The notes under the pieces are model-generated. The model saw nothing but the letters and a program-made list of their open reading frames with translations. It did not search any database and was not told where the DNA came from. A stretch of DNA of 64,000 nucleotides. Origin: an uncultured Thermoplasmata archaeon. GTDB lineage: Archaea; Thermoplasmatota; Thermoplasmata; Lutacidiplasmatales; UBA184. Position numbers and translations under genes: made by a program. Numbering within the stretch: position 1 is the stretch's first letter; every line of letters begins with the position of its first letter. The stretch lies in contig CAWEHV010000002.1 of NCBI GenBank assembly GCA_963809035.1, forward strand, positions 2,240,361 to 2,304,360, read 5' to 3'. This document shows, in pieces, positions 27,316 through 35,946 of the stretch.

Positions 27316-27694
27316 AACCTCCGCCGAGCGGAGGCGGCGCCGGGTCTCGGTCGAGCGTCAGTGAAAGATACCGGAGGTAGCGGGGGTCGACCCGCGGCAC
27401 GTCGATCTCTACGATCTCGGGTACCTCGTAGGGGTGGGTCTTCCCCAGGAACTCGAACAGCGCCCCCACCTTCTTGGGCACCGTTTTGAACACCACGAGC
27501 GCCTCCGTCTGCGACTCCACCCGTCCCCGCCAAAGGTAGCGTGACTCGGTGGGGAGGACGTTCCCGCACGCGGCGAGGCGGTGCTCGACGACCGTCGTCA
27601 CCGCCGCCAGCGCGGCCTCGCGCGACGGGTACGTCGAGATCACCAGTCGGACGGGACCGACCGCCCGGATCGGGTCGAGCGAGTACGGGCTCAC
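27215..27694 (-). CDS. cutA: Divalent-cation tolerance protein CutA with ~45-aa Arg/Pro-rich C-terminal extension
   Basis: The CutA1 core (RLAACGNVLP..., YLWRGRVE, HPYEVPEIVEIDV, YLRYL) ends near 27350. The ORF runs on to 27215, overlapping the pgk 3' end. Confidence 0.8.
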   Translation of the reverse strand: MSPYSLDPIRAVGPVRLVISTYPSREAALAAVTTVVEHRLAACGNVLPTESRYLWRGRVESQTEALVVFKTVPKKVGALFEFLGKTHPYEVPEIVEIDVPRVDPRYLRYLSLTLDRDPAPPPLGGGFIRREGPRAQGVRAPPRTRGPPHRRSTRTGTRR

Positions 27695-29376
27695 GTCGCG
27701 ACCTCCGACACGTGGGGGTCCCCGTCAGAGAAATCGAGCGTCTGGACGCCGAACGTCGCGAGGTCGACCAGCGCGGCCCGCGCCGGGACCGGAACGATGT
27801 TGCGCATACGCTGGTACTCCGTCTCGGCCTGCCAGGTCGAGGCGTTGAGCAGGAGAACGCCCCGGTACCGGTCGACGCCGTACGTGTGCGAGTGGCCGGT
27901 GACCAGGATGTCCGGCGCCGGGTCCAGGATGAGCCCGTCGCGGGCGCTCGGAGCCAGCGGCGTCCGGTCCCCGTACATCGGCGCGAGATGCCGCATCTGG
28001 AGCATCCGCTTCATCACCTCGGTCGGGCGGGAGTACGATGCGCCTGGGATCGCCGGGATGAGGTCATCGAAGCTCCGCCCATGATACGCGGAGACGACCA
28101 CGCCCTCGAGGGCAAAGGTCGAGGGGTTCGAGAGGATCCGTACGTTCGGCCCGAGCGTCGTCGTCAGGTTGGTGGGCAGGGCGGGTTGCGGCTCGGCCGG
28201 GCAGACGGCATCGTGGTTGCCGGGGATGACGACGATCGTCATCCGCTCCGGGAGCTCGCCGAGCCTTCGGCCGAGCTCGGCGTACTGTTCGACCACGTCG
28301 GCGATAGCGAGGTCCTTCTCCTGCCGGGGGTAGATGCCGATCCCGTCGACGAGGTCCCCCGCGACGACCACGTGGTCGATCGAAGAGGCCAGTTCCCCGT
28401 GCGGGCCGTGGCCGTGGAGGAACTCCGCGAGATGCCCCCAGCTCTCCGAGAGGAACGAGCGGCTGCCGAGGTGCAAGTCGGAGAGGAAAAGGGCCCGCGA
28501 CGGGCGACGCGACCGCCCCACGGTGCGGGTCGGAGGGATCTCCGGGCGTTCGACCGCCGCCACCCGAGGCAGGCGGCGGGGGTCCTTACCGAACTCTAGG
28601 CGAAGGCCGAGCACCTCGTCAGGGAGGATGGTCAGCCGCGCACCGGGGGAGCCCTTCGGGACCAGGGCTTCGAGCGACCCGGTGTCGTCGTCGACCGTCA
28701 GGATCAGATGGTGCCGCTGCGACGTCTCCCGCACGTCGCGGACCATCCCGATCACGGACGACGTCCCGTCGGACATGCGGAGCTCCTTGATCGGGCGCAG
28801 GTTCTCGAGTCCCGGACGACCCTTGAGCAAACGCAAGAGCGAGCGGTAGCGGAAGTGGAACAGGGCCGAGTACGCCAACAGAGGAGTGTCACCGGACGGG
28901 GGGCCCGAGTAGCCGTCCTGGATGAGGCGGAAGGGCAACGTCGCGGCCCCCGGGGGCGCGTCCCTCGGGCCTGGCGGGCGCTCCGTCGGGGCCCGGACGA
29001 GCGGGCCCGAGCCACGGTCTTCCGCGAGGACCGTTTCCACCATCTCACGGGTGACGAACGGATTCACCGATCCCGACCGCTCGATCACCTCGCGGGAGAC
29101 GACGAGCGGGTGCGAGTGGTCGAGCAGGAGCTCAAGGGCTCCTGCCTCCACGAGCTTCTGGTGCTCCTGGAAGTACGCGACGAGATGTTCCCGAAGGGTG
29201 CTCGCCACCGTTCTCCCCGGGCGAACGGATACGCGGCGCCGAGGCGCCGTGAACCTTGGACGCCCGACGAGCGCGGAGTAGGCCCGGCTTATTTCAAGTC
29301 TCTCAACGCTGCCGGCTTCAACGTGGCGTCCGGGCGACTCCGAGCCGAAGGGAGGCCGATGCCGTGACGTCCCCAC
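27691..29376 (-). CDS. DNA polymerase D (PolD) small subunit DP1; start uncertain (alternative GTG 29208)
   Basis: Calcineurin-like phosphoesterase motifs (LFLSDLHLGS, VVVAGDLVDGIGIYP, IPGNHDA, VTGHSHT) plus an OB-fold region. The first ~55 codons are Arg-rich and may not be translated. Confidence 0.88.
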   Translation of the reverse strand: MGTSRHRPPFGSESPGRHVEAGSVERLEISRAYSALVGRPRFTAPRRRVSVRPGRTVASTLREHLVAYFQEHQKLVEAGALELLLDHSHPLVVSREVIERSGSVNPFVTREMVETVLAEDRGSGPLVRAPTERPPGPRDAPPGAATLPFRLIQDGYSGPPSGDTPLLAYSALFHFRYRSLLRLLKGRPGLENLRPIKELRMSDGTSSVIGMVRDVRETSQRHHLILTVDDDTGSLEALVPKGSPGARLTILPDEVLGLRLEFGKDPRRLPRVAAVERPEIPPTRTVGRSRRPSRALFLSDLHLGSRSFLSESWGHLAEFLHGHGPHGELASSIDHVVVAGDLVDGIGIYPRQEKDLAIADVVEQYAELGRRLGELPERMTIVVIPGNHDAVCPAEPQPALPTNLTTTLGPNVRILSNPSTFALEGVVVSAYHGRSFDDLIPAIPGASYSRPTEVMKRMLQMRHLAPMYGDRTPLAPSARDGLILDPAPDILVTGHSHTYGVDRYRGVLLLNASTWQAETEYQRMRNIVPVPARAALVDLATFGVQTLDFSDGDPHVSEVAT

Positions 29377-29379
29377 CGC

Positions 29380-30057
29380 CTAGCGGTAGGATTCCTTGGC
29401 GTAGGACGCGCCCTTCGGGTACTTCTCCTTCAGGTGCGCGATGAACTTCTCCGGCGTGCGCTCCAAATGCGCGGCGTACCACTGCACCACGACATCTTTG
29501 AGGACCCGGTGGAGCTCGCTAATCTTCGCGGCGTCCTCCGCGGAGTCGTAGAGGACGGCCTGGCTCATCATGCGCATCCATCCGGAGTACCGGTGGTAGC
29601 TCTCCCCCTCACACCACTCGAAGATCCCGCGGAGGTGGTTCGCCCCCTCGGGGGTCCGGTAGTACCAGAAGCGGAGCGTGAAGCCGACCCATCCCGCGGC
29701 GCGGTCACCAAGCTCGATCGTTTTGACGCCGCCGAAGTCGAACGACTCGCGGAACGTCCACTTGGTCGGGTACTCCACGAACGTGGCAAACAGCGTCTGC
29801 GACGGGTCGATCGTGAGGTGGACACTGACCTCCTCGAACTGGTTGTGGACCTCCCACAGGTCTTGGAGGAGACGCTTGTTAAGTTCGCCCCGATGGGTGA
29901 AGTCCTCGCCCGTATTCTCACCGGCCGCCTTCTGGGTCCGGGCGAGTTCGGTCTTGAGCGAGATCACGAAATCGTCTTCGGGCAGGTGCTCAGTAATGCT
30001 CTCGGGCTCCCCCGGGACCGGTACCTCCGCGGCTTTGCGAGTTGCACGACGGGCCAT
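29380..30057 (-). CDS. Hypothetical protein
   Basis: 225 aa from ATG 30057. A TATA-like CTTTATAG (complement of ~30092-30099) lies ~35-40 nt upstream. Composition is balanced and Trp/Tyr/Phe-rich. No family recognised. Confidence 0.6.
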   Translation of the reverse strand: MARRATRKAAEVPVPGEPESITEHLPEDDFVISLKTELARTQKAAGENTGEDFTHRGELNKRLLQDLWEVHNQFEEVSVHLTIDPSQTLFATFVEYPTKWTFRESFDFGGVKTIELGDRAAGWVGFTLRFWYYRTPEGANHLRGIFEWCEGESYHRYSGWMRMMSQAVLYDSAEDAAKISELHRVLKDVVVQWYAAHLERTPEKFIAHLKEKYPKGASYAKESYR

Positions 30058-30392
30058 TCTGACAGTCTCCGACCTCGCGTAGTGGAGACCGCTATAAAGA
30101 GAGTAGGTCGCATCGCCCCCTCGCACCGAGGGAAAGTCGGTGATGAACTCGTCTTGACCGTCAGGTCCCGCTTAAATACCGCACCCACCATTCGTCGACT
30201 GGAAGGAACCCCCGGAGACGGACGGAGCCCCAACTCCCGACGTCGCTGGAGATCCGGAATCACGACTCATGATCCACCACGCCCCCCTTTGTCGTAGGCT
30301 CCGCGCATCGCCCAGCGACGTCTAGTTGGACTCGGTCGCCTCCAGGGAAGTCCCCCGCGTGAGCGGGCTGCCTTCCAACACGGAGAACCAAC

Positions 30393-31742
30393 ATGACCAA
30401 CGACCCCAGCGCCGCAAAGTACCAGATCCGAGCCCGCATCAGCGCCGAAGGCGTCATCGACAAACCTGACGTCGTCGGAGCGGTGTTCGGACAGACCGAA
30501 GGTCTGCTCGGAGACGAGCTCGACCTTCGTGACCTCCAGAAGTCCGGCCGAATCGGCCGTATCGAGGTCGAAATCGACAGCCGGAAGGGCAAGAGCGAGG
30601 GCGAGATCATCATCCCCTCTTCGCTCGACCAGGTGGAGACCGCCATCCTCGCCTCCGGCCTTGAGACGGTCGACCGGATCGGCCCCTGCCGGGCCAAGAT
30701 CGAGGTCATCAGCGTAGAAGACATCCGGATCTCGAAGCGCCAGAAGGTCGTCGACCGCGCCAAGGAGATCCTCGCGCGCCTTCAGGAAGATTCCAAGGGC
30801 GTCGGGATGGACCTTACCGAGGCCGTCCGAAAGATGGTCCAGGTGGACGATATCACGACCTACGGGCCCGAACACCTGCCCGCGGGACCGAACATCGACC
30901 AGGCCGATGCGCTCATCGTCGTCGAGGGTCGGTCCGACGTTCTGGCCCTGCTCCGCTGCGGGATCAAGAACGTCATCGCCGTCGAGGGGACGAGCGTCCC
31001 ACAGACGGTGAAGGACCTCTCGCGCGGCAAGACCGTGACCGTCTTCACGGACGGGGACCGCGCCGGCGAGCTGATCCTCCGCGAGATGCTCCAGACGATG
31101 GACATCGACTTCGTCGCCCGCGCGCCGCGCGGCAGCGAAGTGGAGGAGCTCACGCAGAAGCAGCTCCTGAAGTGCCTCCGGAACAAGATCCCGATCAACC
31201 AGTACCTGGAGATGAGCGGGTTCGAGTCGACCGGGTCCACCCGGGAACCGCGCGAGGAGCGCGGCGAGTCGGGCGGCGGTGGCCGCCCGGAGCGGCGCGA
31301 GGAACGGAACGGCGACCGCGGCGGCGGACGGCGGGACGAGCGCGACCGGATGCCCATGCCGGTGCCCCGCGCACCCTCCCCGATCCCCAGTGCCCCGGCC
31401 CCTCCCGCTCCGGCCGCGGCCCAACTCACGCCCGAGCTGGCGCACTACTTTGAGCTCCTGAGCGGCGTCGAGAACGCCTCCCGCTGCCTCATCCTCGGCG
31501 AGAACGACGCCATCGTGGGCGAGGCGCCGGTCAAGGAGATGATCGAAGCGATCTCTGCCCTCACGGAACCGGCGAAGGCCATCATCTTCGACGGGATCGT
31601 GAGCCAACGGCTGCTCGACGTGGCCCAGGAGAAGGGCATCGGGACGGTCGTCGGCACGCGCCTCGGCCCCGTGGGGAAGATCCCGGAGACGATCCGGATC
31701 TTCACCAAGGCGGACCTCGCGGTGCCCGGCGCCGCCCGGTAG
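30393..31742 (+). CDS. dnaG: Archaeal DnaG-type primase (Toprim domain)
   Basis: N-terminal YQIRARISAEGVIDKPDVVGAVFGQTEGLLG and Toprim LIVVEGRSDVLALLRCGIKNVIAVEGTS ... FTDGDRAGE. Contains an Arg/Glu/Gly-rich low-complexity insert. Confidence 0.9.
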   Translation: MTNDPSAAKYQIRARISAEGVIDKPDVVGAVFGQTEGLLGDELDLRDLQKSGRIGRIEVEIDSRKGKSEGEIIIPSSLDQVETAILASGLETVDRIGPCRAKIEVISVEDIRISKRQKVVDRAKEILARLQEDSKGVGMDLTEAVRKMVQVDDITTYGPEHLPAGPNIDQADALIVVEGRSDVLALLRCGIKNVIAVEGTSVPQTVKDLSRGKTVTVFTDGDRAGELILREMLQTMDIDFVARAPRGSEVEELTQKQLLKCLRNKIPINQYLEMSGFESTGSTREPREERGESGGGGRPERREERNGDRGGGRRDERDRMPMPVPRAPSPIPSAPAPPAPAAAQLTPELAHYFELLSGVENASRCLILGENDAIVGEAPVKEMIEAISALTEPAKAIIFDGIVSQRLLDVAQEKGIGTVVGTRLGPVGKIPETIRIFTKADLAVPGAAR

Positions 31743-31826
31743 TCCGAACCACCCTTTCCCGTCGCGGGGCTGTGAGAGCCCCGCGACGAACCTATAGTTT
31801 CGTCCGGCCTCTCTAGGTAGGTCCGC

Positions 31827-33371
31827 ATGGCGTCCAACATTGACAACTCCCGCCGCCTCCCGGTCGCGATCGACGAGATCCAAACGACGGCTGACATTCC
31901 GATCCCCACCGACCCGCTCCAGCGAGTGATCGGCCAGGAGAAGGCGGTCGAGACGGCGCGGATCGCGGCCTACCAGCATCGCCACCTCCTGCTCGTCGGT
32001 CCGCCCGGCATCGGCAAATCGATGACCGCCCAGGCCCTCGCGCTCCACCTCGACCGCCCCCGGACCGAGATCCGTGTCGTCCACAACCCCGAGAATCCCG
32101 AGCGACCGAGCGTCGAGATCGCGACCCGCGAGGAGGTCTACCACGAGCGCGAGGCGGCTCGCTCGGTCGAGGGCGAGCTGATCGCCCCGAGCGAGGCCCC
32201 CGCGTCGGTCGCCGAGCGGCTTGGGTACCGCTGCGCGCGGTGCAACTTCGTCTCGACCCCCAATGAGCGCTACTGTCCCAGCTGCGGGAACATCAAGCAG
32301 TCCCTGCCCGGCGCCGCCGGCACCGGGAACCCGTTCCGCGACCTCGTCGGGGGGATCCTCGAGCTGACCGTGACCGCGGGCGGGAACCCCCAGGAATCGG
32401 TGCGGACGACGCGCCTGCGCAATGGGGTCGAAGAGGTCGTCTCGTACGAGCGGGCGGGCGAGCAGATCAAGGTCCTGGACCAGCGGGCCCTCGAACGCCG
32501 GCGAACTCTCCAACGGGAGAGTCCGCGCAAGGTCATCGTCAAGCTCGACCGCACGACGTTCGTCATGGCCACGGGCGCGAGCGAGACCGAGCTTTTGGGG
32601 GACGTGCGCCACGACCCGTACGGGGGCCACCCCCAGCTCGGGACCCAGCCCTACGAACGCGTGATCCCCGGTGAGATCCACGAAGCCCACGAAGGGGTCC
32701 TGTTCATCGACGAGCTCCCCTCGCTCGGCCCCATCCAGCGCCACATCCTGACCGCGATGCAGGAAAAGCGGTTCCCGATCAGCGGCCGCAACCCGCAGTC
32801 CGGCGGCGCGTCCGTCCGGGTCGACTCGGTGCCGTGTGACTTCATCCTGGTCGCCGCGGCGAACATCCAGGACATCCACCGGATCCTCTCCCCGCTGCGC
32901 TCCCGCATCGCGGGCGGCGGGTACGAAGTGCTCCTGGAGACGGCGATGCCCGACTCGCCCGCCAACCGATTGCGTCTCGCCCAGTTCACCGCGCAGGAGA
33001 TCGCCGTGGACGGACGGATCCGTCCCGCGACCCGTGAGGCGGTCGAGGAGATCATCAAGGAAGCCCGCCGGAGAGCCGAAGTGCTCGACGGCCGACGCAA
33101 CGCGCTCACGCTCCGCCTGCGTGAGCTCGGCGGGCTCATCCGGACCGCCGGCGACCTCGCCGCGGTATCGGGCAGCGACCACCTCGAGGCGAAGCACCTT
33201 CTCGAGGCGCTCCGGCGCGCGCGCTCGATCGAGGAGCAGGTGCGGGAGACGTACGGCTCCTTCCAGGGGGGCCTCCGGCAGGAGGTCACCGAATCCCAGC
33301 GCCAGTCGATGGGCTACTACAACTGGAATGACCACCCGGATCCGGGGCAGTTCCCCGGCGGGTACGGCTAG
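31827..33371 (+). CDS. LonB-like AAA+ ATPase without protease domain or TM anchor; zinc-ribbon insert
   Basis: The N-terminus matches the archaeal Lon pattern (LQRVIGQEKAVETARIAAYQHRHLLLVGPPGIGKSM). Walker B is GVLFIDELPSL. CARCNFVSTPNERYCPSCG lies between Walker A and B. The protein ends after the AAA lid with no Ser-Lys protease domain. Confidence 0.7.
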   Translation: MASNIDNSRRLPVAIDEIQTTADIPIPTDPLQRVIGQEKAVETARIAAYQHRHLLLVGPPGIGKSMTAQALALHLDRPRTEIRVVHNPENPERPSVEIATREEVYHEREAARSVEGELIAPSEAPASVAERLGYRCARCNFVSTPNERYCPSCGNIKQSLPGAAGTGNPFRDLVGGILELTVTAGGNPQESVRTTRLRNGVEEVVSYERAGEQIKVLDQRALERRRTLQRESPRKVIVKLDRTTFVMATGASETELLGDVRHDPYGGHPQLGTQPYERVIPGEIHEAHEGVLFIDELPSLGPIQRHILTAMQEKRFPISGRNPQSGGASVRVDSVPCDFILVAAANIQDIHRILSPLRSRIAGGGYEVLLETAMPDSPANRLRLAQFTAQEIAVDGRIRPATREAVEEIIKEARRRAEVLDGRRNALTLRLRELGGLIRTAGDLAAVSGSDHLEAKHLLEALRRARSIEEQVRETYGSFQGGLRQEVTESQRQSMGYYNWNDHPDPGQFPGGYG

Positions 33372-33434
33372 AACTCCGGCCGGAGAGGGTTCCTCCGACA
33401 GGCATATGAGCGGGTCGTCGGTGGCCGCCCGCAC

Positions 33435-33510
33435 GGGCGCGTAGTCTAGCGGTTATGACGTCACCCTGACACGGTGAAGGTCGCCAGTTCGAATCTGGCC
33501 GCGCCCACCA
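33435..33510 (+). tRNA. tRNA-Val (anticodon GAC), CCA encoded
   Basis: Acceptor GGGCGCG/CGCGCCC, anticodon stem TCACC/GGTGA with loop CTGACAC, T-arm GCCAG-TTCGAAT-CTGGC, then ACCA. Confidence 0.9.
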
Positions 33511-33585
33511 CTTCCGATCGCCGGGGCCCTGCCGATTCGAAATCTCCCACCACTCGAGTCCGGTGGCGCGCATGAGCCCAAGACG

Positions 33586-34572
33586 TCAGGGGCGGCGACG
33601 GTCCGCCTCGGGGGGTGGACCCCTTCGCTTCGTCGAGCGACGGCGCGCCCTCGCGAGCCGGTACTCCCGCGCGAGGTTATCGGGAAAGAAGAGCGAAGCC
33701 CGCCAGGCGTGGTATCGTTCCGGCACGGGAAGCGACCGTACTTCCCGCAGGGTGGCTCCTCGTCGGATCGCATCCGCCACGGTCCGCTGCAGGTCGTGCA
33801 GGTAGCGGCGTTCCTCGGCGAGAACCGCTCCCGGTCCCACCGGACCGTGGCCGGGGACCACCTGGTCGACCCGCAGGCGTTGCATCCGGACCAGCATGCG
33901 CTCCCAGACGTCCGGCCAGCCGTCCCCCACCGAGGGGTGGAGGTTCACCATCGTCAAGTCGCCCGAGAAGAGGACCCGTTCGTCGGGAAGGTAGCCGAAG
34001 ACGTCGCTCGGGGAATGTCCTCCACCGTATGAAATGAGGTGGAGCGAGCGTCGTGACCCTTCGAGCACGAGCTCGTTCTCGAACGTGACCATGGGGGGCC
34101 GGATCCGGTGCGAGGCGGGTGTCTGGATCACCCCACGGTACCACCCGCGGACCCAGGGCCGGTCGACCGGGAGGATGGGGGAATCCGGCTCCTCCAATCG
34201 GGCGAGTTCCTTGGGAAACTCCCGGCGGCAGTTGACCCATTGGGTGCGGCTCTTTCTCACGATCAGCTCCCGTACCCGTCGGGTCGAGACGACGTGGCTC
34301 TCCGCGAACGCCGAGTTTCCCCAGATGTGGTCGCCGTGCCAGTGGCTGTTGACGACCCAATCGGCCGGGCGGCCGGTGGTCCGCTCCGCCGCTCGTGCGA
34401 GATCGACCCCCGCCATCGGCGACAGCATGGAGTCGAACACCACGGTCCGGTCTCCCAGGTCGACGATGCCGGCGTTGCACATGGCGAAACCGTCCACGCT
34501 CGCGATCGCGGCATGGACCCCTGGGGCGAGCCGCTCCAGCCGAAAATGTCGGCTTTCTCCTCGGGGCGGCAA
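33586..34572 (-). CDS. MBL-fold metallo-hydrolase
   Basis: 328 aa with VVNSHWHGDHIWGN (HxHxDH) and downstream His/Asp ligands (GGGHSPSD, PGHGP). Confidence 0.85.
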   Translation of the reverse strand: MPPRGESRHFRLERLAPGVHAAIASVDGFAMCNAGIVDLGDRTVVFDSMLSPMAGVDLARAAERTTGRPADWVVNSHWHGDHIWGNSAFAESHVVSTRRVRELIVRKSRTQWVNCRREFPKELARLEEPDSPILPVDRPWVRGWYRGVIQTPASHRIRPPMVTFENELVLEGSRRSLHLISYGGGHSPSDVFGYLPDERVLFSGDLTMVNLHPSVGDGWPDVWERMLVRMQRLRVDQVVPGHGPVGPGAVLAEERRYLHDLQRTVADAIRRGATLREVRSLPVPERYHAWRASLFFPDNLAREYRLARARRRSTKRRGPPPEADRRRP

Positions 34573-34649
34573 CTTCCGTCCTACCGGGCCGGTGGTTAGG
34601 TCTCTTTCGGCCGTCGCACGACCGAGCCCCGTCGCCCCCCCGGAGCGGC

Positions 34650-35201
34650 TCAGATGTCCGTGAACGCGGGCACCTTGTCGGGGTCCTCGCCCTTGGCGAA
34701 GGCGCGCATGGATTCCAGGCGCTTCGCTTCACGGAGCGCCTTTGGCATGCGGATGGGCATCGATAGCGACCAGTGGTGACCGAACGGGTCGACGAGGTGG
34801 CCGTACCGTTCGCCCCAGTACATGTCGGCCAGCGGCATCGTGACCTTCGCCCCCGCATCGACGGCACGATTCCAGAGCTTCTCCACGTCATTCGAGTAGA
34901 TGTGCAAGGTCACGGTGGTCGTCTCGACGGTCGATGGGGCCGACCGGTCCGAGCCCCGGAAGACGTCGGAGAGGAGCAGGATGGAGTCCCCGATCCGGAG
35001 GCGGCCATGGACCAGCTTACCGGACGGGGTGACCTGCCGTAGGAGTTCCTTCGCGCCGAAGGCCTTCTGGTAGAATTCCATGGCCGCCACTCCCCCGACG
35101 ACCGCCAGGGAAGGGGTGATCGTACGGAACCCACGCGGTATGGCGGGAGCCGTCCGAGTCGTTCGTCTGCGGCCCTTGCCCTTGCGGCGAGCTGTCGGCA
35201 T
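34650..35201 (-). CDS. VOC (glyoxalase/bleomycin-resistance, PhnB-like) family protein
   Basis: ITPSLAVVGGVAAMEFYQKAFGAKE ... HGRLRIGDSILLLSD ... YWGERYGHLVDPFGHHWSL. Confidence 0.75.
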   Translation of the reverse strand: MPTARRKGKGRRRTTRTAPAIPRGFRTITPSLAVVGGVAAMEFYQKAFGAKELLRQVTPSGKLVHGRLRIGDSILLLSDVFRGSDRSAPSTVETTTVTLHIYSNDVEKLWNRAVDAGAKVTMPLADMYWGERYGHLVDPFGHHWSLSMPIRMPKALREAKRLESMRAFAKGEDPDKVPAFTDI

Positions 35202-35299
35202 GGTGCCTTCCTGGCCCCGTTACCGGCTGGGCGTACATAACGTCCCGAGGGGGTAACGGGCGCCGACCGAACGGGGAGGGTTCGTGGGTGCGGCCCCGG

Positions 35300-35863
35300 T
35301 CACTTGTCGAACCGATCGTGCTCGGTGTCGGGCCCTTTGAGCGCCCGGAGCAGCGGGAGGAACTCGCTCGACCCTGTGTAGAGGACGCCGTTCACGAAGA
35401 ACGTCGGCGTCCCGCGGACTCCGTGGCGGCGCGCGCTCTCGACGTCCTCGGCCACGCGCCGCGCGGGGGCCTCCGAGCGGAGGTCCCGCTCGAAGGTCGC
35501 CATGTCCAGCGAGATCTCGCGTGCGTAGCCCTCGAGGTGCGAACGCTCGAGGCGGTCCGGGTGCTCGAGCAGCCGGTCGTGCATCAACCAGAACTTCCCC
35601 TGGGCATCGGCCGCCTCGGCCGCCTCTGCGGCAGCTTGGGCATGGGGGTGGATCTGGGTCAACGGAAGGTTCCGGAAGACCACGCACACCTCGTCGCCCA
35701 GCTCCTCCACGAGCTCCTTGACCACCCAGTGGGCGTCCGCGCAGGGCGGGCACTCGTAATCCGAGTATTCGACCAACGAGAGTTTCGCAGTGGCCGGACC
35801 CTTGCAGTGGTCTCGGACCAGGTCCGGGAGAACGGGCACGGAGGCGGGCTCGGTCTTCGTCAT
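35300..35863 (-). CDS. DsbA-family thiol:disulfide oxidoreductase
   Basis: From ATG 35863 (MTKTEP...): CxxC site YECPPCADAH and C-terminal GVRGTPTFFVNG. The upstream part of track ORF 35300..36808 overlaps the MFS gene. Confidence 0.8.
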   Translation of the reverse strand: MTKTEPASVPVLPDLVRDHCKGPATAKLSLVEYSDYECPPCADAHWVVKELVEELGDEVCVVFRNLPLTQIHPHAQAAAEAAEAADAQGKFWLMHDRLLEHPDRLERSHLEGYAREISLDMATFERDLRSEAPARRVAEDVESARRHGVRGTPTFFVNGVLYTGSSEFLPLLRALKGPDTEHDRFDK

Positions 35864-35946
35864 GGTTCGCTCGTGCGGAGAGACGCCGTAAGGGATATGG
35901 TAGTTCCCCCCACGGAAGCCCCCGAACCCACGGATCCCACCCCCGC

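Noticed and set aside
30267-33434. 1055-aa ORF on the minus strand spanning dnaG and the Lon-like gene
   Set aside because: It is antisense to two genes with clear family motifs. Its translation is Arg/Asp/Gly/Leu-rich with no motif. Long stop-free antisense frames are expected at this GC content.
33511-33585. Second tRNA-like element after tRNA-Val (contains GATTCGAAATC)
   Set aside because: The TTCGAAA string lacks a complementary T-stem, and no acceptor or anticodon stems can be drawn.
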